In this document: in pieces, positions 1 through 8,199 of the stretch
How the letters are laid out: each line of letters starts with the position of its first letter
Position numbering within the stretch: position 1 is the stretch's first letter
The notes under the pieces: generated by a model
Databases searched by the model: none
What the model was told of the DNA's origin: nothing
The model's input: only the letters and a program-made list of their open reading frames with translations
From: Anaerolineales bacterium
Lineage (GTDB): Bacteria; Chloroflexota; Anaerolineae; Anaerolineales; UBA4823
Assembly: GCA_016929095.1 (NCBI GenBank)
Contig: JAFGJM010000002.1
Coordinates: 128,137 to 192,136 of the forward strand
DNA length: 64,000 nt
Reading direction: 5' to 3'
Position numbers and translations under genes: made by a program

Positions 1-837
1 CTTGAACGACGCCTTGCTGGCATAATGCATTCTGCCGTGCGTATCAAATATATCCTGAATTGTGCATCCTGGATGTTGCGTGACAAACTGTTTGACGTCC
101 ATCATGGTCATTTTGTACGGGGTCAATCTACGCCCGTTGCTACAACCGGCTTTTGAATATGTTTTATGCTCCTCTGTCAACCTGCTCAACAATATTTTAG
201 CCATTTTGTTATGGTTAAGATACAGCGGAGGTCGGATTATCTCGTCAACGTATTCTCGATCAACCGTTATTACTCCGACGCCATAATAGCTTTTTGCCAA
301 TTGATAATCTCTTTTATAATCGTTTTTCGCTTTAGGAACGGCTATACTCCGATAATGAACCGGCCAGCGCGATGCTTGATTTAATACCGAAATGCTCATG
401 GCGGTTTTCGTTTCCACGATCCATAAAATTCCATGACGCTCAGCAACAATATCGGCGATACCGCCATACAATAATTCCACTTCTTGATAAATAGTCCAGT
501 GTTGTGACTGAAGCCAGTCAACAACGTGTTCTGCCAGCTCCGTTTCTCTCATCGTTACTTTTTTCTCCCTTAATTTCGGACAACTCTTTTTAATATGCAC
601 TTCTCCGCACACCGGGCATACCGGTACTTCGGTATACGCCGGCAGCCCCAGCTTCGACCTGATCGTCGGATTTTTGGGTTCGTAATCCCGTTCCGCTATC
701 CGAAACGCCATCGCTCCGGAAATACCGAATTCGTCTCCGACCGCCCGCCAACCACCGTGTTTTTTGAGCTTGCGGTAGGCGCGTTTGAGTTTTCGACGTA
801 CTGTATCAATATCGGTAAAAGCGGGCATTGTAGCCAT
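1..837 (-). CDS. Partial CDS open at left window edge (absent from supplied ORF track): basic HTH-like/Cys-pair N-terminus + PD-(D/E)xK nuclease-like domain
   Basis: Hand translation of the minus strand from ATG 837..835 is stop-free for 279 codons down to nt 1 (MATMPAFTDIDTVRRKLKRAY...CPVCGEVH...MRETELAEHVVDWLQSQHW...GIADIVAERHGILWIVETK...). It shows a D-x(n)-E-x-K pattern. Plus-strand ORFs 62..286, 166..384 and 595..864 are its antisense shadows. Confidence 0.6.
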   Translation of the reverse strand, partial: MATMPAFTDIDTVRRKLKRAYRKLKKHGGWRAVGDEFGISGAMAFRIAERDYEPKNPTIRSKLGLPAYTEVPVCPVCGEVHIKKSCPKLREKKVTMRETELAEHVVDWLQSQHWTIYQEVELLYGGIADIVAERHGILWIVETKTAMSISVLNQASRWPVHYRSIAVPKAKNDYKRDYQLAKSYYGVGVITVDREYVDEIIRPPLYLNHNKMAKILLSRLTEEHKTYSKAGCSNGRRLTPYKMTMMDVKQFVTQHPGCTIQDIFDTHGRMHYASKASFK

Positions 838-860
838 GTTACAGGCCGTAACAAGTATTT

Positions 861-1367
861 CTAGGACGGTTTCTCGTCCCATATTTTCCCGTCTAATAAA
901 GGCATATGAATGACCTTGCCTCCGATCTCCATTTGCTTTAAAAAGAAGGGGACGCCATTGGGGTATCGGGTGGTAGGCTCTTTACATTGATCTCGTAGAT
1001 CACGGAAGGCGTTGATAGTAACATGCCGGCGGTTTGCCCCGCTCTCGCAGCCGGCTATGACCCAATCCAGGTTGTCGAGAACCAGATCGCCAACGCCTTG
1101 CCCGTGATCGATCCATAGGTTTACCTTCTCAAGCATCGGTTCGATACTGACGATCCTTTTTCCCGCCGGCGTGGTACAAAGAATTGGCATCGTTTTATTA
1201 ATATCCGACTGAGTGGATACCGATACACCGTATCCAGGAGTGTTCATTGCGACCAGGCGCGCCGCCATTTTTTCGGCGTAGCAATGGATGCATCCGGTGG
1301 CTATTTTCTCGCAGCCGGTTACGGGGTTCCAAACATAATCGCACCAATCGATTTTGCTTTTAGCCAT
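861..1367 (-). CDS. Gp37/Gp68-family (DUF5131) phage protein, unusually short
   Basis: N-terminus KIDWCDYVWNPVTGCEKIATGCIHCYAEKMA fits the family signature W-NP-x-GC...GC-x2-CYA. Start trimmed to ATG 1367 (TAATG overlap with the upstream stop). Confidence 0.65.
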   Translation of the reverse strand: MAKSKIDWCDYVWNPVTGCEKIATGCIHCYAEKMAARLVAMNTPGYGVSVSTQSDINKTMPILCTTPAGKRIVSIEPMLEKVNLWIDHGQGVGDLVLDNLDWVIAGCESGANRRHVTINAFRDLRDQCKEPTTRYPNGVPFFLKQMEIGGKVIHMPLLDGKIWDEKPS

Positions 1368-1981
1368 TATTTGATCCTTTCGAATTGGATCACCCACACC
1401 CAGGGATTGCTACCCCAGGGATATTTTTTGCCGTTAAGTGAATCCCAATAATCAGCAAAATTCCGAATAGGACTTCCTGGATCAGAAGGAATTATTCCCT
1501 CTGCGCATGCATCATAACCATTGATTTGCTGCAATTTCTCAACGCGTACCCCGGTCACTTCCAGCGTGATTCTGGACGCCCAAAGCGGCATATGGATGGA
1601 TGGCCTCCACCATTTACAATCTCCGGGATCATCAGCAAAATAACAAATAACCCCGCGTGCTTCTTCTTGACTTTTTGGAATAAATTCACATTCAACGCCC
1701 TCATAGTCCCAATCATCTTCACCTGCCCCATAACAAACAGGTTGGGCAACTATATAATTCCATTTTTCCCTCACCCATAAATGGTCACCGACTTGATATG
1801 TGGAACGTAACACGGGAGGAATCGCATTTGTATTAGGATAAAAATGTCCCGTATTATTGTGTTCAGTCCAGTAATCGGCGTTTAACGGTTGCGGCTTTAT
1901 TACCCGCCTTGTCTGTGTCTTGCGCCCATCCAGAATTGCTTTGACCATTTCAGGCGAGAAAATAATTGGTCGCTCTTTCAT
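1367..1981 (-). CDS. ASCH/PUA-like phage protein
   Basis: MKERPIIFSPEMVKAILDGRKTQTRR is an N-terminus typical of ASCH-like phage proteins. GGAGG lies upstream of ATG 1981; the longer ORF-track start at 2065 is rejected. Confidence 0.5.
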   Translation of the reverse strand: MKERPIIFSPEMVKAILDGRKTQTRRVIKPQPLNADYWTEHNNTGHFYPNTNAIPPVLRSTYQVGDHLWVREKWNYIVAQPVCYGAGEDDWDYEGVECEFIPKSQEEARGVICYFADDPGDCKWWRPSIHMPLWASRITLEVTGVRVEKLQQINGYDACAEGIIPSDPGSPIRNFADYWDSLNGKKYPWGSNPWVWVIQFERIK

Positions 1982-2006
1982 AGGTCCACCTCCGAATTGA
2001 AGATTG

Positions 2007-2324
2007 TTATTTTGCAAATTCGAAATAATAGCCATGCCCTTCAATATGTACGGGGTTAATACCAATCAAACCTCCACCAGCGTAATCGCATGGGCCGTCC
2101 CCTGTATCTCCAAAAGCGCGTCGTTTTGCCCCCTTCCAACGACCAACACACAAGAAGCCAACCGCCCCTTCCGGTGCGCCGGCTTCTTGATATTCTTTTA
2201 CACTTGCAACATAACCGCAAGCCGGACATACGAATTTCCAATTCATCTTATCTGAACCAAATATAGCTTCAGCTTCTGCTGTATATTGCTCCAGAGTGGT
2301 TACCCTCACATTGCTTTTATCCAT
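2007..2324 (-). CDS. Small Cys-rich phage protein (VVA0879-family-like, tentative)
   Basis: WKFVCPACGYVASV...FLCVGRW...GPCDYAGGG. AGGAGG RBS before ATG 2324. The family call is from memory only. Confidence 0.4.
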   Translation of the reverse strand: MDKSNVRVTTLEQYTAEAEAIFGSDKMNWKFVCPACGYVASVKEYQEAGAPEGAVGFLCVGRWKGAKRRAFGDTGDGPCDYAGGGLIGINPVHIEGHGYYFEFAK

Positions 2325-2559
2325 TATTAGCCTCCTCGGTATCTTCCATACTATCAAAAATCGGGCGCACAACACACTTCAAATCCGGCACTGGTTTATC
2401 ATTCAGTGAATTGATCCATTGCACATAAACCGCACCGCACCCTTCCGGACACGAAAATGTATTACTCCCTTTTGGAATTTCTAATTCACCTTCTGCACCA
2501 CACCCCTCGCAGATAAAATGAAAAGTATTCATGCCATTTTCAGATTTAATTAACTTCAT
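2317..2559 (-). CDS. Small zinc-ribbon protein
   Basis: Two CxxC-type pairs (CEGCG ... CPEGCG). Overlaps both neighbouring genes. Confidence 0.5.
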   Translation of the reverse strand: MKLIKSENGMNTFHFICEGCGAEGELEIPKGSNTFSCPEGCGAVYVQWINSLNDKPVPDLKCVVRPIFDSMEDTEEANNG

Positions 2560-3020
2560 TCCTTGCCTCCAGTCTCACTCAAAAACCTCTGATAAATCTC
2601 TTCCTCTTTCCAGATTGCCTCATCCTGCATTGCCTGGATATCCGGGTCGGTCTCACCAGCGTAATATTCAGGCTTTTTCTCCATTTCTTCAGCTACCAAA
2701 ATATCCGCCAACATCGGATACTTCTTCTGCATGCGCCGCTTTATTCGTTTCTTTCGCACCTCCGCCAGCGTGTCTTTCGGCAATTTCTTATGTGGTGTTG
2801 ATACGGCAGAAATATGGCAACCATATCCATCGCCAAGGGTGTGCAAGGCGGATAGTTGCCTTGGGAAATACTCATCTCCATTGGCTACACGGTTTTTTCG
2901 TTGCTTGATGGTTTCAAACATCTCAGCAATCACTCTGGGTTTACCCTCCGGCGGGTCAGTATAGGGATTACCCCATTGCAAGGTATAGTGATAGCCAATG
3001 TGCGTCATATCATTTCCCAT
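2556..3020 (-). CDS. Hypothetical protein
   Basis: ORF 2556..3032. The start is ambiguous (ATG at 3020 or 3008) next to the upstream TGA at 3010-3012. Confidence 0.45.
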   Translation of the reverse strand: MGNDMTHIGYHYTLQWGNPYTDPPEGKPRVIAEMFETIKQRKNRVANGDEYFPRQLSALHTLGDGYGCHISAVSTPHKKLPKDTLAEVRKKRIKRRMQKKYPMLADILVAEEMEKKPEYYAGETDPDIQAMQDEAIWKEEEIYQRFLSETGGKE

Positions 3021-3888
3021 AATTGTCAACAAACTTTTGTAATTCCCGCCTCATTTCATCCTCACGGTTAACCGCTTCTTTCCATTTATCGAGATCCCGA
3101 TATTTCCATACCGCGGTTTTAACCAGCTCAGCCAAAATACGAGGTTCGATAGCATCCAGTTCCCAGGACGATTCCCCGTAGCGCCTTCGATATTGCTTAA
3201 AACGGGCATCGGTCTCTTTTGCCGGATTTTTGGGAGGCTGCCATTGCTCGATCTGATCCCAATTCAACGCCAGGCGTTCAACCTGAATATCATTGATATC
3301 GGCAAATAATTTCAACCGGTCTTCCACATCACGGGTCATATCGATCCCGGATGGGTCATGGTCTCCCAGGTAAAAAACAATGATTTCATGATTCCCATAT
3401 TTGCCAAGCAGCCTTTTTCCAATATCGTACATCGTGGAAGAAGATGAATATCCCTTATTAGCTGTAAACCGGATATCCAATTCTCGACAAACAGGTATAA
3501 GAACACCTTCCAGGGCTTGCTTTTCGACCATCACTTCGACGTGATAATCCTGGTTTTCCCACTTATCGATGGCAAATTGATCTGCTGCCGCTTCTACAAT
3601 TTCAGCCGGATTATCCCAATGGGTTGAGAATACCGTATGCCTGCCCCGGTCGGTGATCATGTTCCAGTCAACCAGACCAGCCAGACGAGCGTTATTCAAC
3701 AGGTCGCCGGTGCGTTTATATGAACGTTCCGAGTTTTCAATATATCCCCTGGCGACCAATTGGTAGTAAAGCTGTCGAAGAGAAAGATCGTATCCCTCAG
3801 CTGCATATTCTGCCAAAATGGAATTGATCAAATCGATTTTTTGAAGGCTTTCCGGTTTGAACCGTTTTTCAATGAATTGCTCTTTCAT
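3010..3888 (-). CDS. Stand-alone Spo11 / topoisomerase VI subunit A-like protein (winged helix with catalytic-Tyr motif + Toprim)
   Basis: LSLRQLYYQLV matches the R-x-(I/L)-(F/Y)-Y catalytic tyrosine motif. Toprim glutamate in VMVEKQALEGVL. Toprim acidic cluster in FYLGDHDPSGIDM. No B-subunit/GHKL ATPase gene is nearby. Confidence 0.6.
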   Translation of the reverse strand: MKEQFIEKRFKPESLQKIDLINSILAEYAAEGYDLSLRQLYYQLVARGYIENSERSYKRTGDLLNNARLAGLVDWNMITDRGRHTVFSTHWDNPAEIVEAAADQFAIDKWENQDYHVEVMVEKQALEGVLIPVCRELDIRFTANKGYSSSSTMYDIGKRLLGKYGNHEIIVFYLGDHDPSGIDMTRDVEDRLKLFADINDIQVERLALNWDQIEQWQPPKNPAKETDARFKQYRRRYGESSWELDAIEPRILAELVKTAVWKYRDLDKWKEAVNREDEMRRELQKFVDNYGK

Positions 3889-3903
3889 AGGATTTCCGCT
3901 CTC

Positions 3904-4482
3904 TCACACTTCCACCCTGGGCTTTATCAATAATTGCGCCGCCAATCTATTCGCCCTGGTCTCCCGGTTGTGGATCACCTTGACCCCGGTGACGCCCTGC
4001 GCCTGGCTATAACACTCCTCCAGGGTCTCTACCCACCTGCCGGGGATAAATATATAGTTCGTTTCTTCTACATTCGGGGCAAATAAACAGCCTCGCTTAG
4101 GAAATTCGGGCCGCCCGTCGGTATATTTTAAATACACAATCCTGTCTTTCACGCCTTCCACAAAACCCCAAACGGCGATATGTTTCCGATATCGGTTATA
4201 CGCGCCGGGTATATGCGCGCCCAATCTAATAAAACTATGCAATGTCAAACCATCTTTTTCGAAGACATAAGCCTGGCCGGAAGTATCATAATGCACAACC
4301 GCCCGCTTACCCAGGGTTTGGGTCACCTCTACGATCTTCTCGCAAATCCGTTGATCGTGAGCCTGTGTCAGCCAGTTCAATTTGTAAGCGATCAACTTGT
4401 TCAATCCGGTATCGTCCGAACAGTCTTCCGGCATAGCCATCTCTGATAATTGGGTATCAAGCGCCATATCCATGATATTCAA
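3904..4482 (-). CDS. Hypothetical protein
   Basis: 192-aa ORF; its ATG overlaps the upstream stop (ATGA). Confidence 0.5.
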   Translation of the reverse strand: MNIMDMALDTQLSEMAMPEDCSDDTGLNKLIAYKLNWLTQAHDQRICEKIVEVTQTLGKRAVVHYDTSGQAYVFEKDGLTLHSFIRLGAHIPGAYNRYRKHIAVWGFVEGVKDRIVYLKYTDGRPEFPKRGCLFAPNVEETNYIFIPGRWVETLEECYSQAQGVTGVKVIHNRETRANRLAAQLLIKPRVEV

Positions 4483-4685
4483 TTCGCCCTCTCTAAATGC
4501 AAACTTCCGTTTTTTGATACCGACACTATCTTGTAAATAACTCCGCGAATTTCTAGTGTCATACCGCGCCTGGGTTTAAATACTCTCACTTCCTTTATTT
4601 CCGGATCGTTCAATATTTCTTTCATCTTTTCGACGTCGAAAGGTAGAGGCTCTAATGCCTCTCCATTTTTGGTAATTGGTTGCAT
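4479..4685 (-). CDS. Hypothetical small protein
   Basis: 68-aa ORF with a GGAGA RBS in the 15-nt spacer upstream. Confidence 0.45.
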   Translation of the reverse strand: MQPITKNGEALEPLPFDVEKMKEILNDPEIKEVRVFKPRRGMTLEIRGVIYKIVSVSKNGSLHLERAN

Positions 4686-4700
4686 GAATATTTCTCCTCT

Positions 4701-5534
4701 CTATATCTCAATCCCGTACTTCTCCGCCAGGTCATTTATCATCCCGACTCTTTGTATGGCTCGGTAGTGAGCCGCAACGGTCATGTCGTCTTTTTTCATC
4801 ATTTTGCCTATTGCCACCCAACTCAAGCCCTTCGCCTTTGCCTGGATCAAAAAAGCATCGGCGTCGTCTGACCAATTAATGCTGAAGCCCGCCCCGCGGC
4901 CTTTTGGAAAATACAGACCTGGCTTTAAAACCTCGCTTTTCTTGAGTCGCCAGTTGCCCCACTTCTTTCCCTGTATTTTCCCCATATGAATATAGCGGTT
5001 GATATCTCGTTGATCCACACCGTGCCAGGCAGCTGCTTGCCCTGGCGTCCACCATTCATCGTTCCATCGGGCAGCTTCGAGAGCCAGCAGCCGCTTCAAT
5101 TTTTTATCACGGACGTTCTCGACCTTGAAGTATATCCAGCGCTCCGGGTTGACCGCCCATTGATAAAGCTTCGCCTTTCGAATATTCAAAATACCTTTGA
5201 CGCCGGGTATTATCTCCATCGGCAATATCCCCATCCTGGAAAGTTTCATAATACAGTGGATATCCACGCCCAGGGTTTTCGCTGCCTGATGGCCGGTCAA
5301 CCAGCCCGGCCGCCTCGAGTGCGCCGGCATACCTTTGCGTATGCGCCTGATCTTGATCGCCGCCTCGGTTCTGCCCAACGCCAGCCCTATTTCTTCATCG
5401 GTCATTTTCCCGATCTTGGAACGCACAAATTGTTCTTCTTCGAAGAGCCAGGGTTTCCTGACGTATACCCGGGTATCTTTCTCTACCACGGCGACCTGCC
5501 ATACAATATCGGCAATCATGTGAACCACATCCAT
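4701..5534 (-). CDS. Multi-HTH DNA-binding protein (sigma-r4-like, two excisionase/MerR-like HTH, Myb/SANT-like C-terminus)
   Basis: MTDEEIGLALGRTEAAIKIRR; LTGHQAAKTLGVDIHCIMKLSRMG; WTPGQAAAWHGVDQRDINRYIHMG; WSDDADAFLIQAKAKGLSW. Start moved to ATG 5534 (TAATG overlap with the ParB-like stop). Confidence 0.5.
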   Translation of the reverse strand: MDVVHMIADIVWQVAVVEKDTRVYVRKPWLFEEEQFVRSKIGKMTDEEIGLALGRTEAAIKIRRIRKGMPAHSRRPGWLTGHQAAKTLGVDIHCIMKLSRMGILPMEIIPGVKGILNIRKAKLYQWAVNPERWIYFKVENVRDKKLKRLLALEAARWNDEWWTPGQAAAWHGVDQRDINRYIHMGKIQGKKWGNWRLKKSEVLKPGLYFPKGRGAGFSINWSDDADAFLIQAKAKGLSWVAIGKMMKKDDMTVAAHYRAIQRVGMINDLAEKYGIEI

Positions 5535-6394
5535 TACGGCTTTCCCGCTTCTAACATCCGCCGCAATAACTCGACCGCCGGACAATTTCTGCAGCTTTCT
5601 TCCGATGCCACCGGCCGTAATCCGCAACCTTCGCAGGTTGCCGACGCGGCATCTTCCACGACTTTCCACGGCGGTACTTTCCCCAATTGCCGCAAGATAT
5701 CCCAATCTGTTCGCTTTTTACGCTCCTGAACCCGCACCCTGGCAAGAGTGATCGCCGGCGCCCCTTGATTGTATTGACAAGGTTTGTCGGTCATGGCTTT
5801 AGCGACCCGGTCGCATATTCTTAGACTGGTATCCAGTTTTACCCGCCGGCGGACGATTTCTCGGGTAGTTTGTACACGCGCTTGCCGGTCGGTGATGGCA
5901 AGTAAACCCTTGGCAAGACGCGGGTCTCTGTGCAGACTACCAACCGCAATCATTTCCTGGATTTCCGCATCCAGCTTCAATAAAAGCAAACGGTCGTCGA
6001 TGGTCTTGCGGCACTTCCCGGTTTTTAAAGCTATTTGATCGACGCTGAATCCGAATTCTTTTTGAAGGCGCTTATAGCCCAGGGCTTCTTCGATGGGGTT
6101 CAAATCCGCCCGCTGCAAATTGGCGACCATCGCCTGTAACAGGCGCTTGCCGGCGCCGTTGCTGTACGGGGTAATGGCGGCAGGTATTTCTGTCAAACCA
6201 GCCAGCTTCGAGGCTCGCAAACGCCTCTCGCCGTCGACCAGCATATATTTCCCATCGCCCGTTTCCTCGACCGTGACCGCCTGGATCACCCCGTTCTCTC
6301 TAATACTTTGCGCCAAGTCTTCCAGGGAAGTCTGGTCGAAGGTCTTCCGGGGTTGGTCGGGATTGGGAATGATTTTGTTTATTGGAATATTCAT
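5534..6394 (-). CDS. ParB/Spo0J N-terminal-domain (ParB-like nuclease) protein
   Basis: IPINKIIPNPDQPRKTFDQTSLEDLAQSIRENGVIQAVTV...LVDGERRLRASKLAG. Start at ATG 6394, preceded by AAGGAG. The upstream in-frame extension looks non-coding. Confidence 0.75.
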   Translation of the reverse strand: MNIPINKIIPNPDQPRKTFDQTSLEDLAQSIRENGVIQAVTVEETGDGKYMLVDGERRLRASKLAGLTEIPAAITPYSNGAGKRLLQAMVANLQRADLNPIEEALGYKRLQKEFGFSVDQIALKTGKCRKTIDDRLLLLKLDAEIQEMIAVGSLHRDPRLAKGLLAITDRQARVQTTREIVRRRVKLDTSLRICDRVAKAMTDKPCQYNQGAPAITLARVRVQERKKRTDWDILRQLGKVPPWKVVEDAASATCEGCGLRPVASEESCRNCPAVELLRRMLEAGKP

Positions 6395-6536
6395 TTGATT
6401 AATACTCCTTTTCTTTCCTCCCCTTTCCCTGCCCGGGAAAACACCGAAAAACCGGGCAGGGATGTGGAGGGGGATTATGAGCCGGGAATGGGAGACCCGG
6501 GTATACGCCCATATACCTGAGCCGCGCCATCCCGAA

Positions 6537-6577
6537 TCGGCGGCCGGGGAGTCGAACCCCGATTTTCCTCTCCGCCG
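6537..6577 (-). ncRNA. tRNA-like acceptor/T-arm minihelix within a structured 190-nt intergenic spacer
   Basis: Minus strand reads CGGCGG-A-GAGGAAAAT-CGGGG-TTCGACT-CCCCG-G-CCGCCG-A. That gives a 6-bp acceptor-like stem, a canonical T-arm with a TTCGACT loop, and a discriminator-like A. Confidence 0.35.
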
Positions 6578-6585
6578 TATTAAAT

Positions 6586-7482
6586 CTAGGCATAGACGCT
6601 GCACACTTTCGCCAACGCTTTTTCGACATCCATGCCGCAGTCTTTAAATATCTCGAACGCTTTTTCAAGCTCCAGCCCATCCTCGCCGGCCTGCTTGAAA
6701 TAAGGCAGCGCAGTCATTGCCGGGGCAAAGTCGGTATTCTTTCCGGGCGCACCCCCCAACACCAGCCTGGCGATCTCCCTGGCAACTTCGCTGGTGAATT
6801 CAAACTTTCCTCCCGTGGCAGCAATGTAATAAGTGGTGGAGGATACGCGTTCAACAGATGTTGTGGTTGTGGCTGGCGGCGAGTTTGTCGGAGTGTCAGC
6901 CGTGGTAGTGGCCGATGGTGAATTCGTCGGAGTATCAGCCGTGGTTGTTGCAGGCGGCGAATTCGTTGGGGCATTTGTCGTACCTGTTGTTGGCAGCGCA
7001 ACGTGCGCCTTGTTGCCATTGCCGTTGCCTTTGATGATCGCATCCAGGTCTGTATCACCCAGTGGCCGGAAACATAAACCCAGGCTTTCCGTGCAGGCTT
7101 TCAAGGCATCGGTGACGACCGCCTTTAAGACAGTTTCGTACCGCTCAGGAGAAGTATCGTCCAACCCAACACTGTTGCCGTTTTTGTCTTTTGTTGCCAC
7201 CAAAGGCCAGACCCCGACGTCATCATGCGTGACGACTTTCCCGTCGGCAAATTCCACGGTGAGCCGTACCACCGCTTCGACATAGGCATTGTTGTCGTTC
7301 AATGTGACCAGATCCGGTCCCTTTGTGATCATGCTGCTCCAATGGTCAGGCCCGAATACCTGGTTGAGTTTCCATCGCACATAATCCCCGCTGGTAAACG
7401 GGCCTTTTATGCCCGGTTTGATTTTGATATATTTCTTCTCTACAGGAGAAGATAGTGCATCGATCTGTTCTTCGTGATTCAT
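6586..7482 (-). CDS. Rad52/22-type single-strand annealing protein with Pro/Thr-rich repeat linker
   Basis: YVRWKLNQVFGPDHWSSMI...AYVEAVVRLTVEF...GVWP resembles the Rad52/Sak annealing core. Start trimmed to ATG 7482 (GAGG RBS). Confidence 0.65.
   Translation of the reverse strand: MNHEEQIDALSSPVEKKYIKIKPGIKGPFTSGDYVRWKLNQVFGPDHWSSMITKGPDLVTLNDNNAYVEAVVRLTVEFADGKVVTHDDVGVWPLVATKDKNGNSVGLDDTSPERYETVLKAVVTDALKACTESLGLCFRPLGDTDLDAIIKGNGNGNKAHVALPTTGTTNAPTNSPPATTTADTPTNSPSATTTADTPTNSPPATTTTSVERVSSTTYYIAATGGKFEFTSEVAREIARLVLGGAPGKNTDFAPAMTALPYFKQAGEDGLELEKAFEIFKDCGMDVEKALAKVCSVYA
6863..6979. repeat. Three tandem 39-bp coding repeats (TNSP(P/S)ATTTADTP units)
   Basis: Units at 6863-6901, 6902-6940 and 6941-6979 are near-identical. 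They lie in-frame inside the Rad52-like CDS. Confidence 0.85.
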
Positions 7483-7496
7483 CAATAGCCTCGCTT

Positions 7497-8120
7497 TCAG
7501 CTGCAGCGGCTGCAGCTTTCGCATACTTCATTCTGGATTAACTCTTTCAGGATAGCTATCAGGCAGTCTTCCGGGCGCTCGTTCGCTTCTTTGGATTTCA
7601 ATTCTTCGATCTGCTGTTTGTCTGCCTGTTCCTGCGCTTCGCTATAAGCCTTCAATCGCTCCTCGTATATTTTCCCCCGCTCTTCAGCTACCGCCAGAGC
7701 AAGAGATAATTCGAGATATGCATCTCCACGTTCCCTCCAAGAGGGACGCAGCCCGGGGACAATAGCGGGTACATAAAACGTTACACCCGCCCCGATTCTC
7801 CAGGCGTCGTTTACGGTATTTCTTTCTACACAAAACATCAGCGGAGCATAACCAGGAATTTCAGCCCGCATGTAAATTTTCCCTGTGTCGAAACCTGTGA
7901 GCTCGTACCTTCTGTCCTCGATGTATTCCACCATCCACGGCCATTTTTCTTTGATCGGCGCAAGCGCTTCGTTCCACCCTCGAAGCTTTTCAGCGCGATA
8001 CTCTTCGTTACTCCGTTCTTCTTCGATCTGCAAGTTTGCGAGCTTTGTCCGCCCTTCCTCCAGCAGCGCTTCCAGGCTGCGCTCTTCGGTGTTTACTATA
8101 TATTCCGCTTGTGTTTCCAT
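7497..8120 (-). CDS. Hypothetical coiled-coil protein
   Basis: 207-aa ORF, GGAGGG RBS, charged helical termini. Confidence 0.5.
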   Translation of the reverse strand: METQAEYIVNTEERSLEALLEEGRTKLANLQIEEERSNEEYRAEKLRGWNEALAPIKEKWPWMVEYIEDRRYELTGFDTGKIYMRAEIPGYAPLMFCVERNTVNDAWRIGAGVTFYVPAIVPGLRPSWRERGDAYLELSLALAVAEERGKIYEERLKAYSEAQEQADKQQIEELKSKEANERPEDCLIAILKELIQNEVCESCSRCS

Positions 8121-8199
8121 AACTTCCCTCCATAGAACATATTTTCTAATTATATATGTTTTATAATGCCCGTCCGGGTCTCTAACCCGAAATTAATCT

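Noticed and set aside
62-864. Plus-strand ORFs 62..286, 166..384 and 595..864
   Set aside because: Their composition is implausible and they lie antisense to a continuous 279-codon minus-strand frame with a nuclease motif. I treat them as shadow ORFs.
6395-6604. N-terminal extension of the ParB-like ORF (track start 6604) and ORF 6399..6680
   Set aside because: The extension translates as Arg/Gly-rich low-information sequence over GC-rich hairpins. A strong AAGGAG RBS precedes ATG 6394, where the ParB domain begins.
6863-6979. Possible CRISPR-like array
   Set aside because: The repeats are directly adjacent with no spacers, they are in-frame coding, and no cas genes are present.
6714-7285. 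ORFs 6714..7058 (-) and 6833..7285 (+)
   Set aside because: They are alternative-frame or opposite-strand readings of the tandem 39-bp repeat region inside the Rad52-like gene.
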